Position numbers and translations under genes: made by a program. From Bugula neritina (Eukaryota > Animalia > Bryozoa), in contig OZ037766.1 of assembly GCA_964035545.1 (NCBI GenBank), forward strand, positions 1,984,001 to 2,048,000: DNA of 64,000 nt, written 5' to 3'. A model generated the notes under the pieces. It had not been told where the DNA came from, did no database searches, and saw only the letters and a program-made list of their open reading frames with translations. The first letter of the stretch is position 1; each line of letters begins with the position of its first letter. Positions 50,001-61,750 of this stretch are shown in pieces.

Positions 50001-53000
50001 AGGTTGGTGATCTGATGAGTCATTCATTGTGTGCATGTACAATTGCTTTCAAAACTCATGGCAACCAATTAAATTTGTATACATTTGACTGATTGCTAAA
50101 TTATGTGTACTAAACCGTAGCTAGTAAATTAAAGTGAAATACATTGGTTCAGAAAACAAAAATTTGTTAAATATCATGCACTTTATTAAATGCAATTTCT
50201 TTTGAACATATCTTATGACTATGATAAAATTTGTTTTAATTTTCTGTTCTACATGACTTAAATAATTATTTTACAAACATGTTGAGATTTCCTATATTTC
50301 AATTTTTTGACATTAATGGAGAAATTAAGCTTTTTAATAGTATTTAGACTATTAGGAGTTACAACCTCTATTACTAATCTAAACATAGCATCTGATTTAT
50401 GACAGAAAAACAACCGCACAACTGAACCTATCAGAATACATCTTCTGTATTAAACCTTAATTCATGACAGAATTATTTGCCTAATAATCATGTCAATGTG
50501 AGCTTTAAAATGTATACTTATTGAGGTTAGAATTATATTATCTCTGTAGTAATTGGGAGTTATCCTATCTAAGGATTATTACAGTGTGACTGTTGTGACA
50601 TCCTTTATTACAGTGTGACTAATGCGACATTTTCTATTACAGTGTAGTACTATTGTGACATCCTTTATTACAGTGTAGTACTATTGTGACATCTTTTATT
50701 ACAGTGTAGTACTATTGTGACATCTTTTATTACAGTGTAGCTGTTGCCTCAACCGTGTAAATCCTGAAACAAATTTCTTGCATTTCATTGGACTAACATT
50801 TAAGAAGCTGTTGGATTATGCTTACCCCAATGTGTATAAAAAAGGTATTTTATTGCATTATAATTTGAAGAGCACTTTAGGTAAATTAAGTAAATTAAGC
50901 AGTAAAAGTCTATCTTTGAAATTTTGACATGATGTGTTTATTTTGGACTTATGCTTTTTGATTCAATGTGTGTGTTTATCATGCTGATTTTGATGATGCC
51001 AATTAAGTACTATAAGGTCGAGCTACACACACAAGTAACCTGCATCAACTCAATACCTGCACAATATGTGTTAAACTGAGATTCTAAAAACCTGTCATTT
51101 CATTGTCAAAGAGTAAGGCTAATGTATAGCCAATAAGTGTAGTGTTACAGAGCGACAATGCAATAGGATGTTCAGTAGCAATTGATCTATTCATATGTGA
51201 TATAGCACAGCCAATGAGATTTGGGATGTGTCACCGTATAACCACTAAGATATGAGTACAGCTGCCATCTAGTTAGTGATAATCTAGGAATATCATAACT
51301 GTATGTCCAGGTAGCAAATCCTACGACTCCGAGAAAAACCCTACTCAATTCCAGAATGCTTATCAGCATCTGTTTATGTGGGCCATCATCTTCAACAGAA
51401 TGAATATGGCCACTCTCTTCTGGAGATACTCACAGGATCATATTGGTGAGGTTTAGACTTTTAATTCAGCTTAGTGATTAAGCAGCCGTGGTCTAGGGTT
51501 TAGAGCATTTGCCTAGTAAACACGAGGTCATGGGTTCGAGCCCAGACAATGACCATTGGGGATGTTAGGAAGAGCATCCAGTCATAATTGCTCCTGTGCC
51601 TCATTTAAATATTAAGTCCTTAGTCCGCTTTAACAAAAACCCTTTCCATCAAGGGTTTCTCACAGTGATAGTGACTATATAAACTTGCACGAGTTTTTTT
51701 TAGTGATTAAGTTTTGTGTTGGAATAGCTAAGAACTGTAGTGTCATGATTACCCAGTAGTCCCTGTGGTGTAATGGTTAGAGCACCAGCTTGCAAGCCGG
51801 CGGTCTAGGGTTCGAATCCCGATGGGGGCAGAAGTTTTTATAATAGCATGCGATGACAGTTAGCAATAAATAGTATTAGTTTTATAACACCACAGATTCT
51901 AGAGCCAAATGAAAACAGCTCAAGTACAAAAGTCATTAAATTGTTTGAGTATACAACCACAAACAGTCTGTAGGGAAGAGCTGGAATATGTATGGATATT
52001 TTGCATAAAGTGTGTCAGGTAGTTTTCAAGGTTGCTTTATGAAGAGTTTATAAGAAAAGTGCCACGGTAGATCAAGTATGATAACTATAGTGTGTTTTAC
52101 CAATTTGAAGTTTTTTTACAAAGCAATGCAACTGACTTTCAAAACTAAGCTTTAAGCTATCTTTGAATATAGTTATGTAATAGTTTATAGTCGCTTAAAC
52201 AGGAAACATTTTATGTGCTTGCAAAGTTGTATGCTAATTAAGGACTGAAATAGTAAATACATTTATTTCATTATATCTTCTTTCATTTTGCAGCTGGGGC
52301 AATATTTGGTGCGGCGGTTCTGAGAGGCTTAGCCAAAACAAGCTTAAAGTTTGAAGGGGCTGATATTCAAGCAATCTACACTGCTAGCTCACTGTAAGTC
52401 ACTCACAGCAGTTGAATTAGATTAATTAACTCACAATGATTTATTTACATTAAGTAAATCGCAATAAACTACTTACAGTGACACACCACTAAAAACTAGA
52501 CATAGCTATGTAACCAAACTTCCAGCCTCTAAGCAACTTTAGATTAAAAGTTGCCTAGTGGCTTAGAATAGCAACTTGGGCTTAAAGAAAACAAATGTTT
52601 CATATATAGATGAAGAATATTAATTTAATAGTTTAACCCAATGTTCTATATTATAATAATTTGGCCAAAAACAGTTCTACAAACTAGAAGCGAGATCTGA
52701 CGTGTTTGTGAAACTGTGGAGGATTATGCATGCCATGCATGTAAGTGCATGAATGCTGGTTGTAAGTTTCTTTGTTATATAACCAAGTTAGGTACTTATA
52801 GGGTAATAACTGTAAGTGGCTGAGTCATATGTAACCAAGTTACCTATGGAGTAGTTACTGTAAGTGGCTGAGTCATATGTAACCGATTTGACTATAGAAT
52901 ACTGACTGTAAGTGACTGAGTCATGTAGCTAAGTTGACTACAGAATACTATAGTAGAATTGTAAGTTCAGAATAAATTAGGCAGAGAACATAACTCCTTG

Positions 53001-56000
53001 TATGGTGAGAGAATTAAGAGGTTGTATGGTAAAAATAAAAAAATTTTTATTGTGGTATAAGTAGATCCTTCCTCTATGAGCTCCAGCTGTAGACTGAATT
53101 ACAACTGCGAGCTCTTTATATAGTAACACAAAGGCTGGTTCCAGAAACTTCGACCAATCTTCGGCTCGAACACTTTCGGAGTGTCGGAGCCTGACATGAC
53201 CGACAATATTCTAAACTAGCTGAAAGCCCGACACTCCGACATGCCAATCTTCGGTCGAAGACTGGTTTACACAAAGAAAAAGAGATGAAGTATTCACTAC
53301 GATAAAAGTTTAACTATAATTACAATACTTAAGGCATTTAAAAAAATACACAACGCAAATAGTTACTAAAACTTTTCAGAACATAGTGATGATATTTCTC
53401 AAAATTCATTAAACCACTAACTGTAGATGACTCAGTTGTATAATAGCTGATCTGATAATAAATAAATAAACTAAATTGGTGAAATTTTCTCACTTTGTTG
53501 AATAATTAGGATCACAGAACCAACATATTTATTTACTAAACTTGACAGGGAATTTGAAGTAATAGCCAACGGAATCTTAGAGTTATGTTGGTCTAAGGAT
53601 CATCAGCTCACGTCAGACATGTTGGTAAGAGTGAGCGATACTTGGGGGAGTTCAACTGTTCTGGCAATGGTGTACAACGCTGAGATGGAAGAGTTTATGG
53701 CGCAGCCGGCCTGTTACAGTAAACTGAACAAAATATGGAGGGGAGATATTTCCCTCCAAACACCATTGTGGAGGGTGAGTCATGAGTAGCTACTGTAAAG
53801 ATCAGTGTGAGGGTGAGTCATGAGTACTGTAGAGATCAGTGTGAGGGTGAGTCATGAGTACTGTAAAGATCAGGGTAGAAAGTTATATTTTACAGCCAGC
53901 TTACACATTTGCTGTTGAATATATACTGTTTCCAATTTAGTTTATAAATTGTAATTTACTACTTGTCTATATACAACTGCATCATCTATCCATCATATGC
54001 TTGCCAAAATTATTGCTAACCGTTACCTATTGCAAGGCATTTGAAATATTACTAGCTATTATATTTCCCATTCAATGACCTGTGTTCCTTTGCAGATATT
54101 TGTGTTCGCTATCATGCCATTTATGGTCTGGTTGCTCACCTTTATCCGGAAGAATGACTCAGACACACGACTGGATGAGCTCCACAAACAGCTCCTGGGA
54201 GAGGAAGGCATGCTGAATAGAGAAGCCGACTCTGCCAACTTAAAGCCGACAATATCTGTGACTTGCTCCTCTCAGGAGAAATACGAGATATCCTACTTCA
54301 GGGCAATGTATAGGGGGTTCACCTCTCCTATTGTCAAGTGCATTCATTATTCAGTGAGTATAGAATAATTATCAGCAAATATGCGAAATAAACACAAACC
54401 TAATAGATAATGGATAACAAAATTTTAATAAAACACATTTCTTTCGATATAGCCTTTACCTAGCAAATGTAATTTTTTTTATTACACACATAAATTTTTC
54501 TAATCACCTAAGCCATAAGCTAAAGTGAAAATTGTTTGCCTTTAAATCGTAAACTGCTGGTGGGTTTTTTCATCATGTTGTCTTTTTTTCCCATTTGCAT
54601 TTCAACATTTCTTCATTTGTTGAAAAATTATCAACAATCGTTCGACACTATACGAGTCAATTATATGCGTTTACATTCATGGACAAGGTACACTCATGAA
54701 CTGTATTCTCCTTTAGATGATGTTCCTGTCATTTCTCTTCATCTACTCCCTCTTTCTCATGACTGAACTCCGTCCACACATCATTGCTGTCGCCAACAGC
54801 ACCGACTGTGACTACAGATCAAAAGATGTCTGCTGCAAGACTGACACTTCCTTTCGCATCGGATACCTAGAGGGCGCCACTTACTGCTTTGTGTTTGCTA
54901 ACTTCCTGGAGGAAGTGAGGCAGGTATGGGCGGAGCTTAGCTAGCTTTAGCAGTTTCAGACTATTTTAGCATGTATTGGTAATTTTTAAAGTCGACATAT
55001 CAATATCTATTTAAATTAAAGTAAAGGATTTAATTAGAAACTGCTAATAACGGAATGCTGAAGACGCATGGAAATACACTGAATACTTTTTGCTGAATAA
55101 ATTGAAGGAGTAAAAAGTGGACATCAAATGTGTTTGGTATAGTCACTTGTCTAGGATTGGCTAACATAGCAAATAATCAATGCAGTGCAATACAATAATT
55201 ACTTCAGTTTCTTAAACAAATATATTTTAATTGGAAAGCATCCATCACTTGCAGTAACAATAATTTTCATTTCCTTAGTCATTTTTATAATTCATATCAA
55301 CTCATGCATCTGTGTTGTTAAACTAGGTTGCTTCTGTAATCTAGGTCATTTCTTTTATCTAGGTCATTTTTAGAGACAGAATGCCAATGCGCCTATTGGG
55401 CCCAAAGATTTCTAATTGGTTGCGAGAGACTTGGAACAAGGTTGACCTGTTGTCCTATATTGTGTTCATTCTGGCAGTAGTTCTCAGACTCGTACTGTGT
55501 GAGACCAACTTTGAATGGGCAAGGATTTTCTTCTGCTTCTCTCTTATTGTTTTCATCATCAGATTCAGTCAAATATTCTTCGTTGTGGAAAACTTAGGAC
55601 CCAAGATAATCATGATTAAAAATATGGTAAGCTGCTATAAATTTATTATATTCTACTATGTTTACAACAATTGATACCCTTACCAGTATTAGCAACACTC
55701 ATGCAGGAGTAGAAGCTTAAAGGAAATGACTAATATGCTGTGTTCTAGCTCTATGATCAGAAATATAAACTATAGTAGTAAACAAAAGAAAAAGAATAAT
55801 TTTTTTTTAGTTGTTTTAGGAAGCAGCAGCAGCAGGGGCAGCAGCAGCAGCAGCAGCAGTGGCTGTAGTAGCAGCGGCTGATAGTAGCTGTGGCCTGTGG
55901 TAGCAACAAAGTAATAACTAAACATAGAAAATAACTTGCTGAATTAAGACAAGCTGCGGTATAATTATTCACTGCCACTATTCATTACCTATAGATTTAA

Positions 56001-59000
56001 TACTAAATTTTGTAGATTGTAGACCTGATGTTCTTTTTGGTTATCTTGTCCTTGATGATTTTAACATTTGGAGTTGTGTACCAGTCGATACTTCACCCTG
56101 AAACAACCTTAACCTGGGGACTAATAAATAGTGTGATATACAAGCCCTACTTCCAAATGTATGGCGAGCTGTTCCTCGAAGATTTTGGTGATGGTAAGAT
56201 TGTCTTTCCTCTCCGTATATCTTGTATCTGCCAACAATTGCTGCAATTACCGTATTAATTAGCAGAAATAGTTTTGTCCTTTTGATCAGCGTTTTACCTT
56301 CAGTGATGTGTTTAGAGTTTAAATTTAAACAAGTCTAGCTGATTCTACTAAATACTTTTGATGAAACCCTTAAAGTATTTTCTTTGTGCCAAATCCTGAA
56401 GAGAATAGTTAAAATTAAATGTTTAAATTTTTTGGAAAAATTCAAGTATAAATACACTAAAATCTAGTACGGTACATGCAAAGCATACGGTCTTTCCTAT
56501 CTTATTTTTAGAATGCATTGTGAATCATTACAGTGATAGTGTTTACTTTCTATTACTGATTGACAACTTTGATGATTTTAAACTAAAGATTATAATACTA
56601 TTTTAATGTCTTTTGCTTTCTTATTGATTAAAAGTAGTAAACTATCAGGTTTCTTAATCTAATTTATAGTTTTTATATTGCTTATGCTCTTAAGATCTGA
56701 TACTATTTAACTTGTAGGATATAGATGGGTACTACTTGGTATATACATGATACTAACAAATGTTCTACTCCTCAACCTACTTATTGCTATGTTCAGGTAA
56801 GGTTTGTGTAGTGTTGAGTTTACCCAGTGGCCTCCGTGGTGTAATGGTAGCACACTTGCTTGCAAGCTGGTGGACTCGGGTTCGATTCCCAGTGGGGACA
56901 ATTATTTTACAAGCTATTTCGGCCTCAAGTGAAGTGTAGTGATAGTACCCTGAGAGAGTTGAGTGGCCAGGAGAGCCTGATGACTGAAGGAGTAGTAGAT
57001 AGGCCAGTGGAGTTCAAAGAACTGGGTGGGATGTAGGGTTGAGCTACCCAGTGGCCTCCGTGGTGTAATGGTAACACACTTTCTTGCTAGCCAGAAGACT
57101 CGGGTTCGATTCCCAGTGGGGGCAATTACTTTACAGTTTGTAGCTCATAATTACATAGAAACATATCTGCACAATGCTGAATACTTATTTACTGCAGTCT
57201 AGTTGTCTATATTATACCAGTTTCCATGACAGCTGGTGCTCTTCAGTATTATAGTATACCTGCTAGTTGAAGAATTGTGTATAAATTACAGAAAAACATC
57301 AAAACATGTTCACAATAATTCATTCAGTTAAAGACAGTAGCAGAGAAATTTTAGTAGTCTAAGCTCCTTAATTATACAAATGAGTTTTGGTTTGGGTTGT
57401 GCGTTGAAAATCCAATACTATGAAACATAATAAAATTGTACTAAATATTATACCGAAGTCTTTTCACTTTTTACCCAATCGAGTTTGTTAATTTGTTTTA
57501 GCTACACGTTTGAGCGTGTGCAGGAGAAATCTGAGATCCTGTGGAAGTACAACTATTACGGGGTAGTGTACGAACATTTTGATAAGCCATACATACCACT
57601 CTTGGGTACTCTGTTTCAAATGCTAAGAACTATTCGTGGTCGCAGCGAAAAAATCAGCTCTAACTTTAGTAAGTCTTCTGGAATATTCACTTGAACATTA
57701 AATACTTACATACATATACTTGAACATTAAAGTTTTCATTTAATATTCGAAGTTATATTATTTTTATAGAAAATTATTTTCAAATTAGAAAAAATTCAGT
57801 TATGTATAAATTTTTGAGGTTTTATAGATTAAATTTGCCAATTGATACAAATTTGTCTGACATGCAATATTGTAAATATAACAAAAGCTAACCGAACAAA
57901 AGTTATACTTATTACCTTCGTCATAAGTTAAGTGAATTGCTTCAAACAACTTTCTTTCTTACCATATAATATCATGATATTATATAATGTTATATGATGT
58001 CATGTAATAGCATATAGTATCATATAATATTATGTAATATTATATAATATTTCATAACATCATATAATATTACAGAGTATCATATAGTATTAATGTACAT
58101 AATATAGTTTTATTTGTCAATTAATACATATTTTAAAAAATACAAAATTATGAATACTGTAATATAATATTTTCAGAAGTAACATTAAAATGGCATTAAA
58201 AGTATTGACTTGGAAATTATCATTATAAGGTATTATATAAACAATCAAAATTAAACATTGTTGTCATATTTGAAGTTTTTGCCTGCTAAAAACCTATTAA
58301 CCCATTGTTGAAATAATATAGTTTTAAGATAATACAATGTTGAGATAGTATAACATTTTGAAAAAGTATAACATTGTTAAAATGACTACTTTCTATTGTT
58401 GACAAAGTGCGTAGCTATGTTGCACCACTTTTCCGTCTTTAGGAAGGCACTTGGATGATGACCCGAACAATAAGGTGACCGATTTTGTGAGAGGCTGTAT
58501 GCTGATTTACATGTCACACCAGACCAGGTTGAAGCAGGAGGACATAACCCATAAAGTCAGCAACACAGCCCATAGGTTTGCTATTGTCTGGTTTCCAATT
58601 AGTCAATTTGTCAAGGAGTTCGAAAGATTGCTGATATGTGAAAATTGTAGCGACTTTTTACAAATTCGATTGCTAAAAACTGAGCAGTGAAAGAGAGCGC
58701 TACCATATGCTTGACTTTGCTTTTCGTTATTTTATTTAGTCAATCGTGAAAGAAATACATATAACTAAAAAAATGTTGGCAAAGCTTTGTGGCAAAATAG
58801 AAGTGTTTCTATGACAGTCATTTATTAGCTTTATGCGGATAAATAAAATTTTGTAGATAACATACAAATAAATGTGTCCTAAAAGCTTGTATATAATAAG
58901 AAGCCTTGTAGTTGGAAACTTTGCCCTTTGAGCTTTGACTTTAATAAAATTAGATGCGGCTACTTGCCAACTGTTTCAGGCAGTTACTAAAACTAATCTC

Positions 59001-60185
59001 TTCGTGTTGTACATTATGCTAATAGCTAAATTCCCATTTAATAATGACCAAGTTATACAATGTTCCATATATGACTTTTTAACAAATAATCGTTTGTAAC
59101 AATTGTTATCATTTATGTATATAGTTTCAACATGTGCTTGGCTTTTAACTTTTAGACTGGAGCTGGTAATAGAACAGTTGGAGGATCTAAAAGAAGACGT
59201 GAACAAGCAACCTGAGTCTGACTCACCTCCCACTCACCCTACTTTTACTGGGAACGTATCAAAGTATGTCTGACATTAAGTAATTACTAGTAACACTTTA
59301 TGAATGCCAATTGACAATGGTTTAACTAATCAACATCTAGTATACTTGATATCATCAACTATCATTATTCTTTACTACCACTAATTGCTTTTGAGTGTAA
59401 GTAATTTAATTTAAAGATAGTTTTATTTTATCCATGAAAAATCAAAACTTAAAAAAATTGGGATTTTAAATTTTAAAGCATTATATAAGGCTGGATTTAT
59501 TCAGGTTTATTACCATTCAAGTGATTACTATGATATTATATAACTTAGATTATATAGTTTATACTACTATTATGCAATAAAGATTCAGTAAATAAAACTT
59601 ATCACTTATTGTCAAAAAATATGTTACTGTTTGCTCAGAACAATTAGTACCACCCTCTCATGGCCACATGATTATCTACAACATTACTCAATTACTTGAT
59701 TCTAATTTTTCTTCATCAATTGGCATACAGCTGTTTATAAATAGAATAAAAAGCTGTGATGGCTGTGCTACACTCCTAAAAATTAACAATTTAGAGAAAA
59801 TTTACTGTTGAAAAATAATTTTGCCCCCACTGGGAATCGAACCCGAGACCTCTAGCTCGCAAACAAGTGTGCTAACCGTTGCACTATGGGGACAAATAGG
59901 TAAACTCGTCACTACAACTGCCACTTTGCTCAACTAGTGAAAAGTTCTTTAACTTTTTTTTCCAGACATCTGGACCCTGTAGCTACGATGGGATCCCGTA
60001 GCGTAGAGTCGAGACTGGAGGCCAAACTGAGTGCATTGGAAAGTCTCCAGTTCAATTCAGAGACCAAGTTTGATGCAATGGATGGCCTCAAGTCTCAGCT
60101 GAACCAAGAATTACGCAGGCTGGACAGTCTTGAGACCAAGGTGGAGACAATCCTCGAACTTCTTCTTAATAAACTGGAGAAATGA
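38044..60185 (+). CDS. TRPM: TRPM-family cation channel paralogue B (tandem duplicate, shorter N-terminus), about 1280 aa
   Basis: Exons: 38044-38146, 38533-38677, 38876-38987, 39237-39420, 39814-39974, 40333-40519, 46832-47042, 47763-47868, 48561-48788, 49409-49555, 49928-50002, 50736-50844, 51311-51445, 52294-52393, 53549-53774, 54096-54353, 54717-54923, 55363-55626, 56016-56193, 56718-56796, 57502-57668, 58443-58575, 59156-59263, 59966-60185. Intron positions and phases match gene A from the INFRKDAKSTYEPP exon onward, with the same TRPM motifs. The summed length is divisible by 3 and I saw no internal stops. Confidence 0.92.
40726..41091 (+). repeat. 5' LTR of element 2
   Basis: Direct repeat of 45804-46152; contains CCAAT, AATAAA and a duplicated CGCAAGTAGATAACTCA. 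Confidence 0.96.
41093..41110 (+). promoter_or_regulatory. tRNA-Leu primer-binding site (element 2)
   Basis: The same 18-mer TGGTGGCAGCGGTGGGAT, 1 nt after the LTR. Confidence 0.9.
41127..42074 (+). CDS. gag: Gag of element 2 with an intact CCHC zinc knuckle
   Basis: ATG at 41127; CWGCGRPGHFQKNC at 41964-42005; collinear with element 1 Gag. Confidence 0.92.
   Translation: MAEDGTELPIPLNESEEDNVDIPVEPVVLEEVRIPREPGEDRYRLKAPTFTGEEAVEQFIQEFQDMMEIARSPPRVALLKLRMALTDKAKPYGAGPDIGGIFASLRARFGISPIDARARLQRLRRDPHTSLQEHPATVYPLAQIAFRDLPQVHRERYTYDAFVQSINDLGLHHQFQARGVTTVEDALAVGEAYLMATHMHRNRVASRQVAKEHTTAHTEPNAEPSAVANVNQMSLASKVAQMTDMLDKLVAALAPPSQVDTAREPCGPQVQSPGMGHNFCWGCGRPGHFQKNCPQLQQGLNYHGPQMFPPPAGRR
42023..42067 (+). 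promoter_or_regulatory. -1 frameshift signal (element 2)
   Basis: G TTA AAC, 5-nt spacer, stem CGGCCCGCAG / CTGCGGGCCG, 13-nt loop; the pol ORF lies in the -1 frame. Confidence 0.82.
42023..44422 (+). pseudogene. pol: Internally deleted pol of element 2: protease (one TAG at 42590-42592), linkers, integrase HHCC domain and C-terminal tail; RT, RNase H and integrase core missing
   Basis: LLDSGC is present. The alignment to element 1 jumps from QPTRRLG to GQLQQR (about 43295) and from VLAGNTPMTP to QEDLARQE (about 43885) with the frame kept. Confidence 0.9.
44446..45502 (+). CDS. ORF3 of element 2: zinc-finger plus coiled-coil protein, two exons (44446-44470, 44736-45502), 263 aa
   Basis: ATG mini-exon MSYYSGSK, GTGAGT donor, TTTCAG acceptor in frame; CQVC-x12-H-x3-H, CPC-x12-H-x3-C, C-terminal heptads. 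Confidence 0.78.
45771..45803 (+). promoter_or_regulatory. Conserved hairpin plus polypurine tract (element 2)
   Basis: CAGAAAG-taggg-CTTTCTG, then a G9 tract before the 3' LTR. Confidence 0.8.
45804..46152 (+). repeat. 3' LTR of element 2
   Basis: Direct repeat of the 5' LTR, followed by TSD ATAT. Confidence 0.96.
50575..50740 (+). repeat. 29/31-bp acceptor-site minisatellite (6 tandem TTACAG acceptors)
   Basis: AG ends at 50584, 50613, 50642, 50673, 50704 and 50735; only the last gives the TRPM frame without a stop. Confidence 0.9.
51483..51699 (+). mobile_element. tRNA-derived SINE, apparently full length
   Basis: A box TGGTCTAGGG, B box GGGTTCGAGCC, T-rich tail, 12-bp TSD TTAGTGATTAAG (51471-51482 / 51700-51711). 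Confidence 0.85.
51736..51842 (+). mobile_element. Solo tRNA-containing LTR of the same TRIM family (diverged)
   Basis: TGTAGTG..TTACCCAGT leader, A and B boxes, GGGGGCA..TTTTTATA end; TSD degenerate. Confidence 0.65.
52808..52950 (+). repeat. About 48-bp tandem repeat (3 copies) containing CTGTAAGT and TGAGTCA
   Basis: ACTGTAAGTGGCTGAGTCATATGTAACC.. repeated. Confidence 0.75.
53768..53872 (+). repeat. 30-bp donor-site minisatellite (3 copies), same unit as 28097-28407
   Basis: GTGAGG-GTGAGTCATGAGTACTGTA(G/A)AGATCA in the equivalent intron of gene B. Confidence 0.9.
55822..55875. repeat. Intronic (CAG)n repeat
   Basis: Directly visible. Confidence 0.9.
56807..57135 (+). mobile_element. Miniature LTR element (TRIM) with a tRNA-like sequence inside each LTR
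   Basis: Direct repeats 56807-56911 and 57032-57135 (TGTAG...TTACA), each with an A box (TGGTGTAATGG) and a B box (GGTTCGATTCC); 120-bp core ending in purine-rich GGGTGGGA; 5-bp TSD GTTTG. Confidence 0.85.
59809..59916 (-). mobile_element. Solo tRNA-containing LTR of the same TRIM family
   Basis: The minus strand reads TGTAGTGACGAGTTTACC..GGGTTCGATTCCCAGTGGGGGCAAAATTATTTTTCA; flanks ACTGT / ACTGC (4 of 5 TSD match). Confidence 0.72.
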
Positions 60186-61680
60186 CAAGAATGTTCTCTC
60201 AAACTTACAATCCAAGCTAGATTTATAAAAAAACTACTACTGTCACTATATTTATATTTTAGTTAACAGAACTCAATAATACTGAGATATTTGTAATGAC
60301 CTGACGCTAACATGACCTTGACAATACTAATATTGACCTTGTCTAAATGGCTGCTTTCTTGTAAGGTGACAACCTGTAATTACTTGCTTCCTATAAACAT
60401 TGGATAAAAGCATTTTGCTCACTGAGATTCCATCCTGCCTTTATTATCCTTTATTATCCTTTCCTATTGTTGTTTATTGCAACTCTATTTTTTTAATGAT
60501 TTCTTAAACTGGTTTGAAACTTTAAATTTGTTACTTATCATCTTTTGTATCTTTAAAAACAATGAATTATAGTATCATAAATACTTGATATTACTTTTAA
60601 TAATGCTTATGCATTAGCAATACTTCTCCTAAAATAATTTCGAGAAACAAATGCTAAATGCCACATTTTTTTAAAAACAGAATTTTTAACGAGTATTTAT
60701 TTTTGTATTAACAAAATATGTTTTTAATTACAATAAGCCTGCTTTTATATTAAGCAAAATACTACATAAAAATACTTTAAATGAGAAAAGAACTCTAAAG
60801 TTTATATATGTTCCTTGTCAAACATATTTTAAAATGGAGTAAACTAAAATAGCATTTGGTGCCTCTTTAAATGGTAAATTAGCAAAACTGTTAGTTTGCA
60901 CAAGTGAATGTTGTTATTTATAAAAGTATTTTAACAGAAGCCCTTTTGCTCATTTACTTTTTATCTAAGTGCCTTTTTGTTTTTGGCGTACTTCCTTGTG
61001 TAAAGTATTAATCCACACTACATCTTTGGTTGCGAAGTTTACCCAACTCAACACACGATATACAATTACACCTTCATTAAATATTCAACTGTCTTCTATA
61101 ACTATAAAGTCAATAATAAACCTGAAAATGAAAAATAGACAAGAAGTTGGCGTTAACATTCTGACTAATAACTCAAATTCAATACTCTCTAAGGCCTAAG
61201 CTATGGTTTTTATTGTAATATGAGATTTGAAATGGATAATAATAATTCTGCTATAGGCTACCATAAATTTTGGAGTGTATTAGTTAGCGGAGGCTACAAA
61301 ATATTTGTTTAAGTAGAAAAGTTTAGGAACATGGTGAATTTTGAGTGAAAAAACATGGAAAATCATAAAATAATTTTTGCACACACAAATTCAGTTCTGA
61401 GTAATATGCCGCGTAGAACTAAGAGTTGTTACTTTAGCCAGTTTAACTTATAACTTATAATTTTAGTTGTATAGATCTAATAAAAAATTTACATTTAAAA
61501 TTTGTAGCAATTCCGAAATAAATTTATTATACTGGAAATATTTTGGTCTACATATAAGAATATAACATATTGCACTAAATTGATATAATACACCATATAC
61601 AAGTATTATTTTAATGATATAACTAAGTTTTAGGGTAAAAATCAGATATAATAGCATGTTTCTTTTACACATAACTGCAT

Positions 61681-61750
61681 CTGAATAAGTCCTTAGACGA
61701 TTTAACAAAAACTCTTACAGGGATGGCGCTATAAACTTGCATGAGTTTTT
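61681..61750 (+). mobile_element. Short decayed 3' fragment of the same SINE
   Basis: TAAGTCCTTAG..TTTAACAAAAAC..TATAAACTTGCATGAGTTTTTT, flanked by ACATAACT(G/A)CAT repeats. Confidence 0.6.

Noticed and set aside
51757-51830. Functional tRNA genes (also about 56830-56900, 57054-57124, 59823-59893)
   Set aside because: Copies differ in the anticodon arm, stems pair poorly, and all sit within a shared TGTAG..TTACA LTR frame, so they are mobile-element derived.
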